Source of the DNA: an uncultured Gammaproteobacteria bacterium
Lineage (GTDB): Bacteria; Patescibacteriota; Patescibacteriia; Magasanikbacterales; GWA2-37-8
DNA: 64,000 nt
NCBI GenBank assembly: GCA_964439885.1
Contig: CAYTPE010000001.1
Span: 9,031 to 73,030 of the forward strand
Direction: 5' to 3'
A model generated the notes under the pieces. The model searched no databases. It was not told the origin of the DNA and was given only the letters and a program-made list of their open reading frames with translations. Both the position numbers and the translations under genes were made by a program. This document shows, in pieces, positions 28,129 to 38,006 of the stretch (position 1 is the stretch's first letter; each line of letters starts with the position of its first letter).

Positions 28129-30528
28129 TTAAAAACTGCGGCCAATAAAATCGACGACATTTTTCCCTACGGTCTCTATACTCTCTGAACTACATTGATC
28201 AATCGTATCACGCGGTGTATCGAGAAAGGAGTATGAGCCATTGATAAGCAAAATGCTCGGAATACCGGCAGTGGTAAGCGTGGTGTGGTCATCGAAAATT
28301 TCTCCGGCGGCGCGACCAGAAAAAATATGAGGGAACTCGGAATTTGCATACTTGGAAAAAGCGCTGGCGAGCGTAACCGCTCCGCCTGAACGCGGATCCT
28401 CGATGTTAACTCGATCATTTTTTCCGCACACTACGTCGAGCACGATGCCAAAGCTTGGCAGCACGGTTGAATAGTACTCGCTCAGGTGCCTGGAAAAATA
28501 CTGCGAGCCAAGCGGCTGCCACAATGCCCACGAGCTGGTTGGCAAACTGGCAATTTCATCGCCTTCTTCGCCGTCAAAGAAAACAAGATCGATTCCATAG
28601 GGAGGGGTGGTAGGGTGAGTACTCAAGTAGCGCGCAATTTCGAGCAGCATGGCCACACCGGAAGCCGAGTTATTGGCGCCCGGTGGAGAAACGAGATAGT
28701 TGCGTTTGTCGAATTTGGCGTACCGCATACTGTCGTAGTGCGTGGCAAGCATGATTCGGCTGGTATTCGTAGGGTTCAAACGACCAATGATATTTTGTAA
28801 ATGAAATACATACCCTTGCGCGTCAGTGTAATCAAACTGTTGCACAGACGTTGATACGCCCAAAGCGCGCAGCTCGGTGACAATAAATTTTTGTTCCTCG
28901 GCATGCCCAGGAGCGCTGAGATAGCGTGGCCCAAAACTGAGTTGCTTTTTTATGATACCAAGCATTTCGTTTCCTTCAATTGTGTCGTGCTCCGTGAGTT
29001 CGTCCTCTGTTAAAAGTGGCGACAAAAAATATTCTACGGGCGCGTAGTTGTCGGTAAAAAGCGGGGTGGCGCTCAAATCAAATCTATCTGGATCGATGCG
29101 ATGAGCGCTGAGGCCAGCAATGAGTGGGTCCGTGCTCTGTAGTACGGTTGGCGCGGAAAAGTTAATGGTCGACGTGCTGTTATAGCCTACAAAAATAATA
29201 TTCTGTGCGCGGGTAGAAGTGGGTGAATCGACAGCAAAAAAATAACTGTTTGGAAAAACAGAACGAAATGTCTTGATCTCCGACATGAGAAAAGAGGGGT
29301 CGCTGCGCGACAGGCTGCCAATAAGATTGGCCATGAAAATGCCTCCAGGAGCAAGCTTTTGTTTGGCAGCGGCAAAAAATTCTTGAGTGGTAAAGTGAGT
29401 CGGGATTGAATAGAGTGAATAGTAAACATCACTAAAAATGATATCGTACCGATGGGGAGTATCGTGCACAAAACGGCGACCATCTACCACAAAATTGGTG
29501 AGCCGGGGAGTGCTGGGAACGGCAAAATATTTTTTTGACAGGTCGAACAAACGTGGCTCAATTTCGGTAACATCAACGGTGGATGATGGAATTTTTTCCA
29601 GCACTGCTTTGGGAATAGAATACGCGCCGCCACCGAGCGCAAGCACGCGTGTGGCGTGGGGAGTAAAGAGGCGATAGAGCGAAATGTACTTTGTATAATC
29701 AAAAGCGAGCTCAGGATTATCCAAAAACATTGCTCCAGAGTTACTACGATCTTGCAGCAGAAAACGCGCAGGGCGACCGCGATAGGTGGTATCGTAAATA
29801 GTCAATTTTTCGTACACACCATCGTGGCTATACACGGTGCCGGCGTTGCCTAGTAGCGACAAAAAATGTAAGCCTACTGTAACAGCGACTACAAGACCAA
29901 GTTTAACAAATGTTTTTTTTTGAGCGCGCAAGCGAATAAGATTCGCGCCTCCCACAACAATAAGCACAGCGGCTACGATTTCCACAATACGATTGACGCC
30001 AAGGTGGGGGATAAGCACAAACCCCGCGCTGAGGCTGCCGGCAATACTACCGGCGGTGGACCAGAAAAAAATATCGCCCGCCACGCTGCCCGCTCCTTTG
30101 TGCGGATATTGCAAGGCCTGCAATTTAACGGAAAATGGCGAGAGCATGCCCAACATAAAACTCGGCAGAAAAAAAAGCAGGAGCGCCATCACGAGTGGGC
30201 CGCTCATGAGCGTGAGTGAGTATCCTACAAAGGGCAGTGCGATAAGTTGGAGTGCGTACATGAGTATCGTGGCCACACCACTGAGCGTTATGAGCCCATA
30301 AAAAAAAGTTTCGTTCGGATATCGATCGGCCACTCGTCCGCCTACATAATATCCAATGCTTAGAGCGGCAAGCACCACACTAATAATGCTCGAAACCGTA
30401 AAAATAGTGTTGCCAAAATAGGGTGACAAAATACGGGTGGCCACCACTTCGATAATAAGCACGCAGGCACCGGTGAGGAAGACCACAAAGGGGAGTAGTA
30501 TTTTTTTTGCATTGATCATATTAAACAA
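28129..30528 (-). CDS. tri-domain membrane protein: N-terminal polytopic domain + spermidine/spermine-synthase-like aminopropyltransferase fold + C-terminal M28-family zinc peptidase domain
   Basis: 799 aa. About 8 N-terminal transmembrane helices, then a spermidine-synthase-like Rossmann segment (VLALGGGAYSIPKAVLEKIPSSTVDVTEIEPRLFDLSKKYF...YDIIFSD). M28 motifs follow (HYDSM, GANNSASGVAMLLEIARYL, FFDGEEGDE). Confidence 0.75.
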   Translation of the reverse strand: MFNMINAKKILLPFVVFLTGACVLIIEVVATRILSPYFGNTIFTVSSIISVVLAALSIGYYVGGRVADRYPNETFFYGLITLSGVATILMYALQLIALPFVGYSLTLMSGPLVMALLLFFLPSFMLGMLSPFSVKLQALQYPHKGAGSVAGDIFFWSTAGSIAGSLSAGFVLIPHLGVNRIVEIVAAVLIVVGGANLIRLRAQKKTFVKLGLVVAVTVGLHFLSLLGNAGTVYSHDGVYEKLTIYDTTYRGRPARFLLQDRSNSGAMFLDNPELAFDYTKYISLYRLFTPHATRVLALGGGAYSIPKAVLEKIPSSTVDVTEIEPRLFDLSKKYFAVPSTPRLTNFVVDGRRFVHDTPHRYDIIFSDVYYSLYSIPTHFTTQEFFAAAKQKLAPGGIFMANLIGSLSRSDPSFLMSEIKTFRSVFPNSYFFAVDSPTSTRAQNIIFVGYNSTSTINFSAPTVLQSTDPLIAGLSAHRIDPDRFDLSATPLFTDNYAPVEYFLSPLLTEDELTEHDTIEGNEMLGIIKKQLSFGPRYLSAPGHAEEQKFIVTELRALGVSTSVQQFDYTDAQGYVFHLQNIIGRLNPTNTSRIMLATHYDSMRYAKFDKRNYLVSPPGANNSASGVAMLLEIARYLSTHPTTPPYGIDLVFFDGEEGDEIASLPTSSWALWQPLGSQYFSRHLSEYYSTVLPSFGIVLDVVCGKNDRVNIEDPRSGGAVTLASAFSKYANSEFPHIFSGRAAGEIFDDHTTLTTAGIPSILLINGSYSFLDTPRDTIDQCSSESIETVGKNVVDFIGRSF

Positions 30529-30551
30529 CCAACAGTGAACGGTCTATTTTT

Positions 30552-30621
30552 TTGTCATTCCCGCCGGAGCGGGAATCTCGGGTATATAACGAAGTGGATT
30601 CCCGTTTGCACGGGAATGACA
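30552..30621. mobile_element. MITE-like double-hairpin element with terminal inverted repeat TTGTCATTCCC / GGGAATGACA
   Basis: TTGTCATTCCCgccggagCGGGAATctcgggtatataacgaagtggATTCCCGtttgcaCGGGAATGACAg. It has the same termini as the element at 36631-36736; the internal 29 nt recur at 21808-21836 and a degenerate copy lies at about 60245-60275. Confidence 0.5.
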
Positions 30622-30685
30622 GACGGTAAATCGGGTGCTATATTCTAATTGTAAACAGTATAGCATGGGGTGTCTATAAAGGAAA

Positions 30686-30716
30686 TAAAAAACACAGCTT
30701 ACGTCTGTGTTTTTTA
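30686..30716. terminator. rho-independent terminator downstream of the minus-strand tRNA-Pro pair
   Basis: AAAAAACACAGcttacgtCTGTGTTTTTT. Confidence 0.5.
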
Positions 30717-30720
30717 TGTG

Positions 30721-30794
30721 TCGGGCTGACACGACTTGAACGTGCGACCTCATGCACCCCATGCATGCGCTCTAGCCAACTGAGCTACAGCCCG
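30721..30794 (-). tRNA. tRNA-Pro (anticodon GGG)
   Basis: 74-nt cloverleaf folded by hand from the reverse complement: acceptor CGGGCUG/CAGCCCG with the bacterial tRNA-Pro hallmark C1:G72, anticodon loop AUGGGGU, T-loop UUCAAGU. Confidence 0.8.
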
Positions 30795-30880
30795 GTGCTT
30801 CGTTTGCCTGTGGCGAACTACGCACCGTAAACTTTTACAAAACTGAAAGTTCACTGGGCGTAATTACAACAGAGTCGAAG

Positions 30881-30954
30881 TGAAGACTGGTCGGGATACC
30901 GGGATTTGAACCCGGAATCTCGTCGTCCCGAACGACGCGCCTTAGCCAATTAGG
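30881..30954 (-). tRNA. tRNA-Pro (anticodon CGG)
   Basis: 74-nt cloverleaf: acceptor CGGGAUA/UAUCCCG (C1:G72), anticodon stem CGUCG/CGACG with loop UUCGGGA, T-arm CCGGG-UUCAAAU-CCCGG. Confidence 0.8.
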
Positions 30955-31054
30955 CCATATCCCGTTTGAATATCCAGAGCATATCACACTTGGCTTTGCT
31001 TTTCAAGGACATGCGGAGTGTGCTACAATTGCCTCATTCATTTCTCACAATTCT

Positions 31055-32089
31055 ATGATTACTCTCAAAAACTATTTTAAAGAAGCTATTAAACAAGACG
31101 CGTCCGACCTGCATTTGGTAGGTGATGAAAAGCCACTCATCAGAATTGAGGGCGAACTCAAAGAGCTTGAAGATAAACCACTGGCGAACAAAGAGCTTGA
31201 AACAGCTTTGTTTGGCTTGATTGATAAAGACCAGCAAGCTCGCTATGAAGAAGAAAAAGAGCTTGATTTTGGCTATGAACTCGACGGCGTTCGCTTTCGC
31301 GTGAATCTGCACCAAGAAAGCGGCCGCATTGGCATGGCAGCGCGCCTGATTCCGGCCGAGATCCCGGCTTCCACCGACTTGCATTTTGAACCACAGTTAC
31401 TGGAGTTGCCAAAATTGCTCGATGGCCTCATTCTCGTCACCGGCCCCACTGGCAACGGTAAATCCACCACCATCGCGAGCATGATCGAAGAAATAAATAA
31501 AACACGCAAAGCGCACATTGTAACCGTGGAAGATCCAATCGAATTTGTTTTCAAAGATAAAATGAGCCTGGTGGAGCAGCGTGAAGTAGGCACCGACACG
31601 AAATCGTTTGCCACCGCGCTCAAATACGTGCTCCGCCAGGATCCAAACGTCATCTTCGTTGGCGAAATGCGCGACCCCGAAACCATCGCCACGGTGCTCA
31701 CTGCCGCCGAAACTGGTCACCTCGTATTTTCTACACTCCACACCAGTAGTGCCGCTGAAGCAATTGAGCGTATCGTGGATGTATTTGAAGGTAGCAAGCA
31801 GAAACAAGTACTGATTCAGCTTTCGGCAGTGCTACGCGCCGTGATTTCGCAGCAGCTCGTACCGGCCAAAGACGGTGGTCGCGTACCAGCTCGTGAGATA
31901 CTCATGAATACTCCAGCCGTTGCCAATTTGATTCGTGAGAACAATATCGCGCAAATTAAATCCACCATTCAAACAAGTAGCAAAGACGGTATGATCAGTT
32001 TGGAAAATTCACTCAAGCAGCTGGTAAAAGAAGGGTGGATTACCGAAGAGGTGGCAGAGAATAGGATGGGGACGCGGAAGAAGATTTAG
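31055..32089 (+). CDS. pilT: type IV pilus retraction (twitching motility) ATPase PilT
   Basis: 344 aa. ASDLHLVGDEKPLIRIEGEL, Walker A GPTGNGKSTT, VGEMRDPETIA, and the His-box/Asp-box region of PilT/PilU ATPases. Confidence 0.85.
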   Translation: MITLKNYFKEAIKQDASDLHLVGDEKPLIRIEGELKELEDKPLANKELETALFGLIDKDQQARYEEEKELDFGYELDGVRFRVNLHQESGRIGMAARLIPAEIPASTDLHFEPQLLELPKLLDGLILVTGPTGNGKSTTIASMIEEINKTRKAHIVTVEDPIEFVFKDKMSLVEQREVGTDTKSFATALKYVLRQDPNVIFVGEMRDPETIATVLTAAETGHLVFSTLHTSSAAEAIERIVDVFEGSKQKQVLIQLSAVLRAVISQQLVPAKDGGRVPAREILMNTPAVANLIRENNIAQIKSTIQTSSKDGMISLENSLKQLVKEGWITEEVAENRMGTRKKI

Positions 32090-32290
32090 TCGGTTTTGGA
32101 GACATAGCCACGCCCCACCCTGGGGCTGGTTTTATTTTGGTTTTGTGTTATACTCTTTGAAAATGTCAAGTATCAAATTTCTAATGCCAAATAAAAAGCA
32201 CATTATCCAATTTTCAATACAATATATTTGATATTTGAGCTTAAAATTTGATTGGAAATTCGTCATTTGTCATTTGACATTTACTGATGT

Positions 32291-33808
32291 ATGGACGGGA
32301 AAGAGGTATTTGAACTTATAGCCACAATCGCCAAACATAATAAAACTCCAACATATATCGTCGGTGGTTTTGTGCGTGACGCGCTGCTCGGTCGCGGGCA
32401 AAAAAAGGACATTGATTTTGTGGTGGTTGGTTCCGGCATTGCATTCGCAAAAAAATTTGATGAGGCAATGAAGCAGTCAGGCTCGCTTATTGAGTTTCCC
32501 GATTTTGATACGGCGCGGTATGTCATAAATCCCCGCTTGGGCGGGGAGCCGTCCGCCTTGGCGGCGGACGGGGGGTGGGTTGGTGAGAGCAACGAAACAC
32601 TTGTTTTGGAATTCGCGGGAGCGCGTACCGAAAAGTATGACGAGAAATCACGCAAACCAAAAGTGGAGGCAGCTAGTTTGGAAAAAGATTTGGAGAGACG
32701 AGATTTTACTGTGAATGCAATGGCAATAGATGTAACGAAATACGAAAGGTACGAAAATACGAAAGAGATAAGTGATATAGCGATTGATCCATTCAACGGT
32801 CGGCAAGACCTTGAAGATAAAATTTTGCGCACGCCGCTCGATCCGGATGTTACATTTAGTGACGATCCGCTACGTATGCTTCGCGCAGTGAGGTTCGCGG
32901 CTCAGCTTAATTTCAGTATCGAACCAAAAACACTCGAAGCCGTTCATCGAAATCGTGAGCGAATGAAAATCATTTCCGGTGAGCGAGTGCAAGAAGAACT
33001 TATTAAACTGATGGCGACTCCCGTGCCATCAATCGGACTGCAACTTATGTGGACCACAGGGCTCATGGATGTGGTACTCCCCGAAGTGTCGGCCCTGGAC
33101 GGTGTGGAAGAAATTTTTGGTCACCAACACAAAAACAATCTCGTACATAGTATCAAAGTAGTCGACAACATCGCCGAGTGGTCCACGAACCCGTGGCTAC
33201 GCCTCGCCGGGCTTCTCCACGACATTGGCAAACCCGGTACCAAGCAATTCCTCCCCAAAATTGGGTGGAGCTTTCACGCGCACGAGCACCTCGGTAAAAA
33301 ATTGTTTTATAACGTCGCGCGCCGCCTCAAACTCTCCAAAGAAAAAACCGATTATATCGCTAAGCTTATCCGCTGGCATCTACAGCCAATCGCGCTCATG
33401 GACGAAGGTATTACCGACTCGGCAGTGCGCCGGCTCATTGTCACAATGGGGGAGGAACTGGAGGATCTGCTCATCCTCGGTAAAGGTGACATTACTACGG
33501 GCAACCCGTATAAAAAAGAAAAAAGATTAAAGAATTACGATCGTTTGCGTTCAACGATTGATGACTTGATTGAGCGAGATAAACTCCGCGCCTTCCAGTC
33601 TCCGGTGCGCGGTGATGAGATAATGCAGCTGTGTGGGCTTAAACCTGGGCCAACGGTGGGTAAAATAAAAGAAGCCATTGAAGAAGCTATTCTCGACGGT
33701 AAAATTCCGAACGAGTATGACGCGGCGAAACAGTATTTCGAAGAGATTAAAGACGAGTATCTGAAAGAAGCAGCGCGATGGGAAAGAGAGGAAAATGGTA
33801 CGGAGTAA
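32291..33808 (+). CDS. cca: CCA-adding tRNA nucleotidyltransferase (head domain + HD domain)
   Basis: PTYIVGGFVRDALLGRGQKKDIDFVV nucleotidyltransferase signature, RDFTVNAMA, and the HD motif LLHDIGKP. Carries an approximately 40-aa insertion in the head domain. Confidence 0.8.
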   Translation: MDGKEVFELIATIAKHNKTPTYIVGGFVRDALLGRGQKKDIDFVVVGSGIAFAKKFDEAMKQSGSLIEFPDFDTARYVINPRLGGEPSALAADGGWVGESNETLVLEFAGARTEKYDEKSRKPKVEAASLEKDLERRDFTVNAMAIDVTKYERYENTKEISDIAIDPFNGRQDLEDKILRTPLDPDVTFSDDPLRMLRAVRFAAQLNFSIEPKTLEAVHRNRERMKIISGERVQEELIKLMATPVPSIGLQLMWTTGLMDVVLPEVSALDGVEEIFGHQHKNNLVHSIKVVDNIAEWSTNPWLRLAGLLHDIGKPGTKQFLPKIGWSFHAHEHLGKKLFYNVARRLKLSKEKTDYIAKLIRWHLQPIALMDEGITDSAVRRLIVTMGEELEDLLILGKGDITTGNPYKKEKRLKNYDRLRSTIDDLIERDKLRAFQSPVRGDEIMQLCGLKPGPTVGKIKEAIEEAILDGKIPNEYDAAKQYFEEIKDEYLKEAARWEREENGTE

Positions 33809-33900
33809 GCAGTGAATCGTTTACTCCTTATTCTTTACTCTTTACTCTTTTGAAAAAGCATGGTATGATAAGTATGAAATTACATATTTAACTTTTTTCT

Positions 33901-34122
33901 ATGGCGACACGCAAAAAACGCCATGACGAAGCCCATTTTAGCGGGACGGCCGTGCTCGGTGAACGAGGGCAAGTGGTGATACCCAAAGAAGCCCGTGCCC
34001 AGATGGAGCTGAAGCCCGGCGATACGTTTGTGGTTATGGCTCACAACGGGGCGGTCATATTTTTACCCAAAAAGAAAATGGAGGCGTTTATTAAGCAGAT
34101 GACTGCGAAATTGCATCTCTAA
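33901..34122 (+). CDS. AbrB/MazE/SpoVT-family swapped-hairpin DNA-binding protein
   Basis: 73 aa, GERGQVVIPKEARAQMELKPGDTFVVMAHNGAVIFLP. Confidence 0.65.
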   Translation: MATRKKRHDEAHFSGTAVLGERGQVVIPKEARAQMELKPGDTFVVMAHNGAVIFLPKKKMEAFIKQMTAKLHL

Positions 34123-34127
34123 AAAAT

Positions 34128-35747
34128 ATGAGTACAGCTTTTTTTAAAAAGAAATCATTCTACATTCCAGCCATGATTGTGGTGTTGGTGGCAGTATTTA
34201 TTGTCTATCGGAACTACAAAAAAGCCAATCAACCACCCAACTATGAAATGGCCACCGTCACACGCACAGACCTCGTCCAAAAAGTAGAAGCGACCGGCAA
34301 TGTGGAATCAGTGAACGACCTCGATTTACGATTCGAAACTCCCGGAACGCTCACCTATGTGGCTGTAAAAGAAGGTGATCATGTGCGCGCTGGTACGCTT
34401 CTGGCCAATTTGAATTTGGCTGCCCTGAACGCTCAGGTTGCGCAGGCCAATGCCAATTTGCAACAGCATCTTGCCGGCTCAACCGACCAGGATATTGCTT
34501 TTTACGCTTCGGCTGTGGAAGCTGCTCGTGTATCGCTCGAACAAGCCAAAGCAAACGCTGGTGTGGACGCAACAGTAGTCGGCGGGATAAGCATCTCCGG
34601 TAGCGCGTATGCGAATGCAGTTACGACGCTGCAGGCATCACTCGGTAAAATGGATGATGCTATTACACAAGCGGACAACATTTTGGGCATTGATAATACG
34701 ATTGCAAACCAAAATTTCAAAAATTATCTCAGCAGCGGCAACCCAGTTCTAATGAATGACGCCGGTTTCATGTATGCTGATGCGAAGGCAAAACGTGATG
34801 CGGCTCGCAGTGCCATTGCATCGCTTAGTTTGGTAAGCACCCCTTCGGCAGTCGAGTCGGCTTTTGCCCCTGCCACCGCATCGCTCACTTCTATTAGTAC
34901 GCTACTCGGACAAGTGGGCCAAATTCTTAACGCAACCGTGCCACAAGGCAGTTTGACGCAGGATTTGCTTGATGCTAAGAAAACAATTATCACGACGTCT
35001 CGTTCCGGAGTCAATACAACCCTTACGAGCATTGCGAGCGCCGTGCAGGCGATTGCTGACGCGAAAGTGGCCGTGAACGCCAAACAGGCGGCGTATGACC
35101 AAGCAGTGGCGAACTATCAGGCTCGTACGGTACCGCCACGTGAAGTTGATGTGGCGTCATATCGTGCCGCACTTTCGGCAGCCGTAGCAGCGCGTGATAA
35201 AGCAGTAATTCGCGCGCCGATCGATGGCGTCATCGCGAAAGTAAACAAAAAGCGTGGTGAACTCGTAACATCGGCCGATGTGGCTATCCAAATGGTATCA
35301 CCGCATTTCGAAGTGAAAGTTGATATCCCCGAAACCGATGTATCCAAACTCAAATTGAACGACCCGGTGGATATCACGCTTGATGCCTTCGGCCCGGAAA
35401 CCAAATTCAGCGGTGTGATTACAGCGATCGACCCGGCCTCCACTGTTATCCAAGATGTGGTGTACTACAAAGTAACGGTAGCCTTGAACGATACGGATCA
35501 AGCGATCAAACCAGGGATGACGGCAAACGTATCGGTGACCACCGACAAACGCGATGCCACACTCTCGATCCCAGTACGCGCGGTGCGCACCAACGATGAC
35601 GGTAGTAAGAGTGTGCGTATTCTGGAAAACAAGAATCAAGAAAAGAGTGTCCCCGTAACACTCGGCCTGAAAGACAGTGAAGGACGCGTGGAAGTGGTGA
35701 GCGGCCTTACGGAAGGACAACAGATTATTGTGAGCACCAAGCAATAA
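34128..35747 (+). CDS. HlyD-family periplasmic adaptor (membrane-fusion protein) of an ABC export system
   Basis: N-terminal transmembrane anchor, long coiled-coil region (LNAQVAQANANLQQHLAG...), and C-terminal beta-barrel/lipoyl-like segments (IRAPIDGVIAKV...GMTANVSV). Precedes a MacB-type ATPase and permeases. Confidence 0.7.
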   Translation: MSTAFFKKKSFYIPAMIVVLVAVFIVYRNYKKANQPPNYEMATVTRTDLVQKVEATGNVESVNDLDLRFETPGTLTYVAVKEGDHVRAGTLLANLNLAALNAQVAQANANLQQHLAGSTDQDIAFYASAVEAARVSLEQAKANAGVDATVVGGISISGSAYANAVTTLQASLGKMDDAITQADNILGIDNTIANQNFKNYLSSGNPVLMNDAGFMYADAKAKRDAARSAIASLSLVSTPSAVESAFAPATASLTSISTLLGQVGQILNATVPQGSLTQDLLDAKKTIITTSRSGVNTTLTSIASAVQAIADAKVAVNAKQAAYDQAVANYQARTVPPREVDVASYRAALSAAVAARDKAVIRAPIDGVIAKVNKKRGELVTSADVAIQMVSPHFEVKVDIPETDVSKLKLNDPVDITLDAFGPETKFSGVITAIDPASTVIQDVVYYKVTVALNDTDQAIKPGMTANVSVTTDKRDATLSIPVRAVRTNDDGSKSVRILENKNQEKSVPVTLGLKDSEGRVEVVSGLTEGQQIIVSTKQ

Positions 35748-35884
35748 AACTCTAAATACGAAACCCTAAACTCTAAACAAACTCAAATTTTTAATCACCT
35801 ACATTCAAAAGGTGGTTTCGTAATGTGGTATGTGAGTTTTGAAATTGTTTAGGATGTAGAGTTTAGAACTTAAAATTTGAAGGT

Positions 35885-36607
35885 ATGTCATTAATCCAGA
35901 TCATTGATTTAAAAAAGGATTATGTGAACGAGGAGCTCGTCACCCCTGTTCTGAAAGGTCTCAATTTCAGTATCGAAAAAGGGGAATTTGTCTCCATCAT
36001 GGGGCCGAGCGGTTCCGGCAAATCGACGCTCATGCATATTCTGAGCTTCATGGACAAACTCTCCACGGGTAAATATCTCTTTGATGGGCAGGATGTAAGC
36101 ACGCTTACCGACGATGAACTGGCCGAGATGCGCAGTACCAAGGTAGGCTTTGTGTTCCAGGCTTTTAATTTGCTCCCTCGCGCCAGCTCGCTCGAAAATG
36201 TGGTGTTGCCACTTATCTATAGCAAAACAGCCGCCGCAAAACGCGAACAGCGCGGTAAACAACTGCTTGAGTCAGTTGGCCTATCGCATCGCCTCGCCAA
36301 TACGCCAGCGCAGCTCTCGGGTGGTGAAAAGCAACGCGTGGCGATCGCTCGCGCGCTCGTGAACAATCCGGATGTTATTTTTGCGGACGAGCCAACTGGT
36401 AACCTCGACTCCAAGTCCGGCCTCGCGGTGATGAAAATTTTACAGCAGCTCAACGACGAAGGGCGTACGATTATACTCGTCACCCACGAACGCTTCACCG
36501 CCGAGCACGCTAAACGTATTTTGGAAATTCGCGACGGCCTCATCATAAAAGATGAAGCAGTCAAAAATCGTCAGATCGCGAAGGAGCGGGAGGAATTGGC
36601 GAAGTAA
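35885..36607 (+). CDS. ABC transporter ATP-binding protein (MacB/LolD type)
   Basis: Walker A GPSGSGKST, ABC signature LSGGEKQRVAIARAL, Walker B IIFADEPTGNLD. Confidence 0.9.
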   Translation: MSLIQIIDLKKDYVNEELVTPVLKGLNFSIEKGEFVSIMGPSGSGKSTLMHILSFMDKLSTGKYLFDGQDVSTLTDDELAEMRSTKVGFVFQAFNLLPRASSLENVVLPLIYSKTAAAKREQRGKQLLESVGLSHRLANTPAQLSGGEKQRVAIARALVNNPDVIFADEPTGNLDSKSGLAVMKILQQLNDEGRTIILVTHERFTAEHAKRILEIRDGLIIKDEAVKNRQIAKEREELAK

Positions 36608-36630
36608 TGTGTTTTACCGGAGCATTTATT

Positions 36631-36736
36631 TTGTCATCCTGAGGCCACAGCCGAAGGATCCCTCTCCACCAATCGAAAGGGATTCTTCCCGCCAAAGGCG
36701 GATAGGCGGGGGTGTTAACCCCACTCAGAATGACAA
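36631..36736. mobile_element. MITE-like hairpin element (TTGTCATCCTGAG...CTCAGAATGACAA termini) between the ABC ATPase and permease genes
   Basis: Imperfect 13-bp terminal inverted repeat flanking about 80 nt with internal CCCGCC/GGCGGG hairpins. Its termini resemble the 30552-30621 element. Confidence 0.45.
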
Positions 36737-36770
36737 TTGTCCTTTTTGAGATATTTGGTAATCCATCATC

Positions 36771-38006
36771 ATGTTATTCGAAAATCTCAAATCAGCCTGG
36801 CAAATTATTTCCCGCAACAAAGTGCGGTCGTTTTTGACGATGCTTGGAATTATTATTGGTGTCATGTCAGTCGTCGTCATTATGTCCGTAGGTGCCGGCG
36901 CGCAAAGTCTTATCATCAACCAAATCAATAGCCTTGGATCGAACTTAGTGGGCATCTTACCCGGTAAGTCGGACGACAACGGGCCACCGGCAGCAGTCTA
37001 CGGCATTGTTATTACCACGCTTAAAGATAGCGATGGCACGGCTATATTGAATTCAGGCAACCCTCATGTTGTGGCATACTCGTCATATGTGCGTGGTGCC
37101 GACACGGTAACGACCGATGAATCCAAAACCGATACGACGTTTATGGGTGTGAGTGCATCGTACCCGAATGTGGAAAATATCTCGATGGCCGAAGGGCACT
37201 TCTTTACGCATGATGATGAGGTGGGCGTAGAGCGAACAGCGGTGCTCGGCAGCGCGGTGGCGCATGATTTGTTTGGCGACCAGAGCGCACTCGGACGACG
37301 AATAAAAATTAAAAAAACAAATTTTCAAGTGGTAGGCGTGCTTGCGTCGCGCGGGCAAAGTGGATTCCAAAATCAAGATGATCAAATTCTTGTGCCGGTT
37401 ACGACCGCGCAGAAATTGTTGCTTGGCATCGATCATGTAAATTTTATTCGGGTGAAAATAGATGACGCTGCGTATGTGGATAGCTCGATGGAAGAAATTC
37501 GCTCCATACTGCGTGATCGACACAACATCGTAAACGCGGAAAACGATGACTTTTCGGTTCGCTCCACCAATCAAGGAGTGGATGTGTTGCTGAATATTAC
37601 TAACGCTCTCAAATTTTTTCTCGCTGCCATTGCCGCTATTTCGCTCGTGGTTGGCGGTATCGGCATTATGAATATTATGCTGGCAGCCGTGGAAGAGCGC
37701 ACCAAAGAAATCGGCTTACGAAAAGCCATTGGTGCCAAGCGGCGTAATATTATCAGTCAATTTTTGGTGGAAACGGTACTCATCACGTTTTTGGGGGGTG
37801 CTATTGGCATACTACTCGGTAGTTTGCTCGCGGTCACAGTGGCCAAAGTCGCGCAAGGCATGGGGTATCAGTGGGATTTGGTAATCACTTGGTCGTCGGT
37901 GATACTCGGCTGCGTCGTTTCTATTTCCATTGGCCTCATCTTCGGACTCAACCCAGCACGCCGCGCCGCCGCCCTTGATCCGATGGTGGCGTTACGGTAT
38001 GAATAA
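36771..38006 (+). CDS. ABC transporter permease (MacB/FtsX-like)
   Basis: 411 aa: N-terminal transmembrane helix, large periplasmic domain and a C-terminal FtsX-type 3-helix bundle (LAAVEERTKEIGLRKAIGAKRRNI). Confidence 0.8.
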   Translation: MLFENLKSAWQIISRNKVRSFLTMLGIIIGVMSVVVIMSVGAGAQSLIINQINSLGSNLVGILPGKSDDNGPPAAVYGIVITTLKDSDGTAILNSGNPHVVAYSSYVRGADTVTTDESKTDTTFMGVSASYPNVENISMAEGHFFTHDDEVGVERTAVLGSAVAHDLFGDQSALGRRIKIKKTNFQVVGVLASRGQSGFQNQDDQILVPVTTAQKLLLGIDHVNFIRVKIDDAAYVDSSMEEIRSILRDRHNIVNAENDDFSVRSTNQGVDVLLNITNALKFFLAAIAAISLVVGGIGIMNIMLAAVEERTKEIGLRKAIGAKRRNIISQFLVETVLITFLGGAIGILLGSLLAVTVAKVAQGMGYQWDLVITWSSVILGCVVSISIGLIFGLNPARRAAALDPMVALRYE

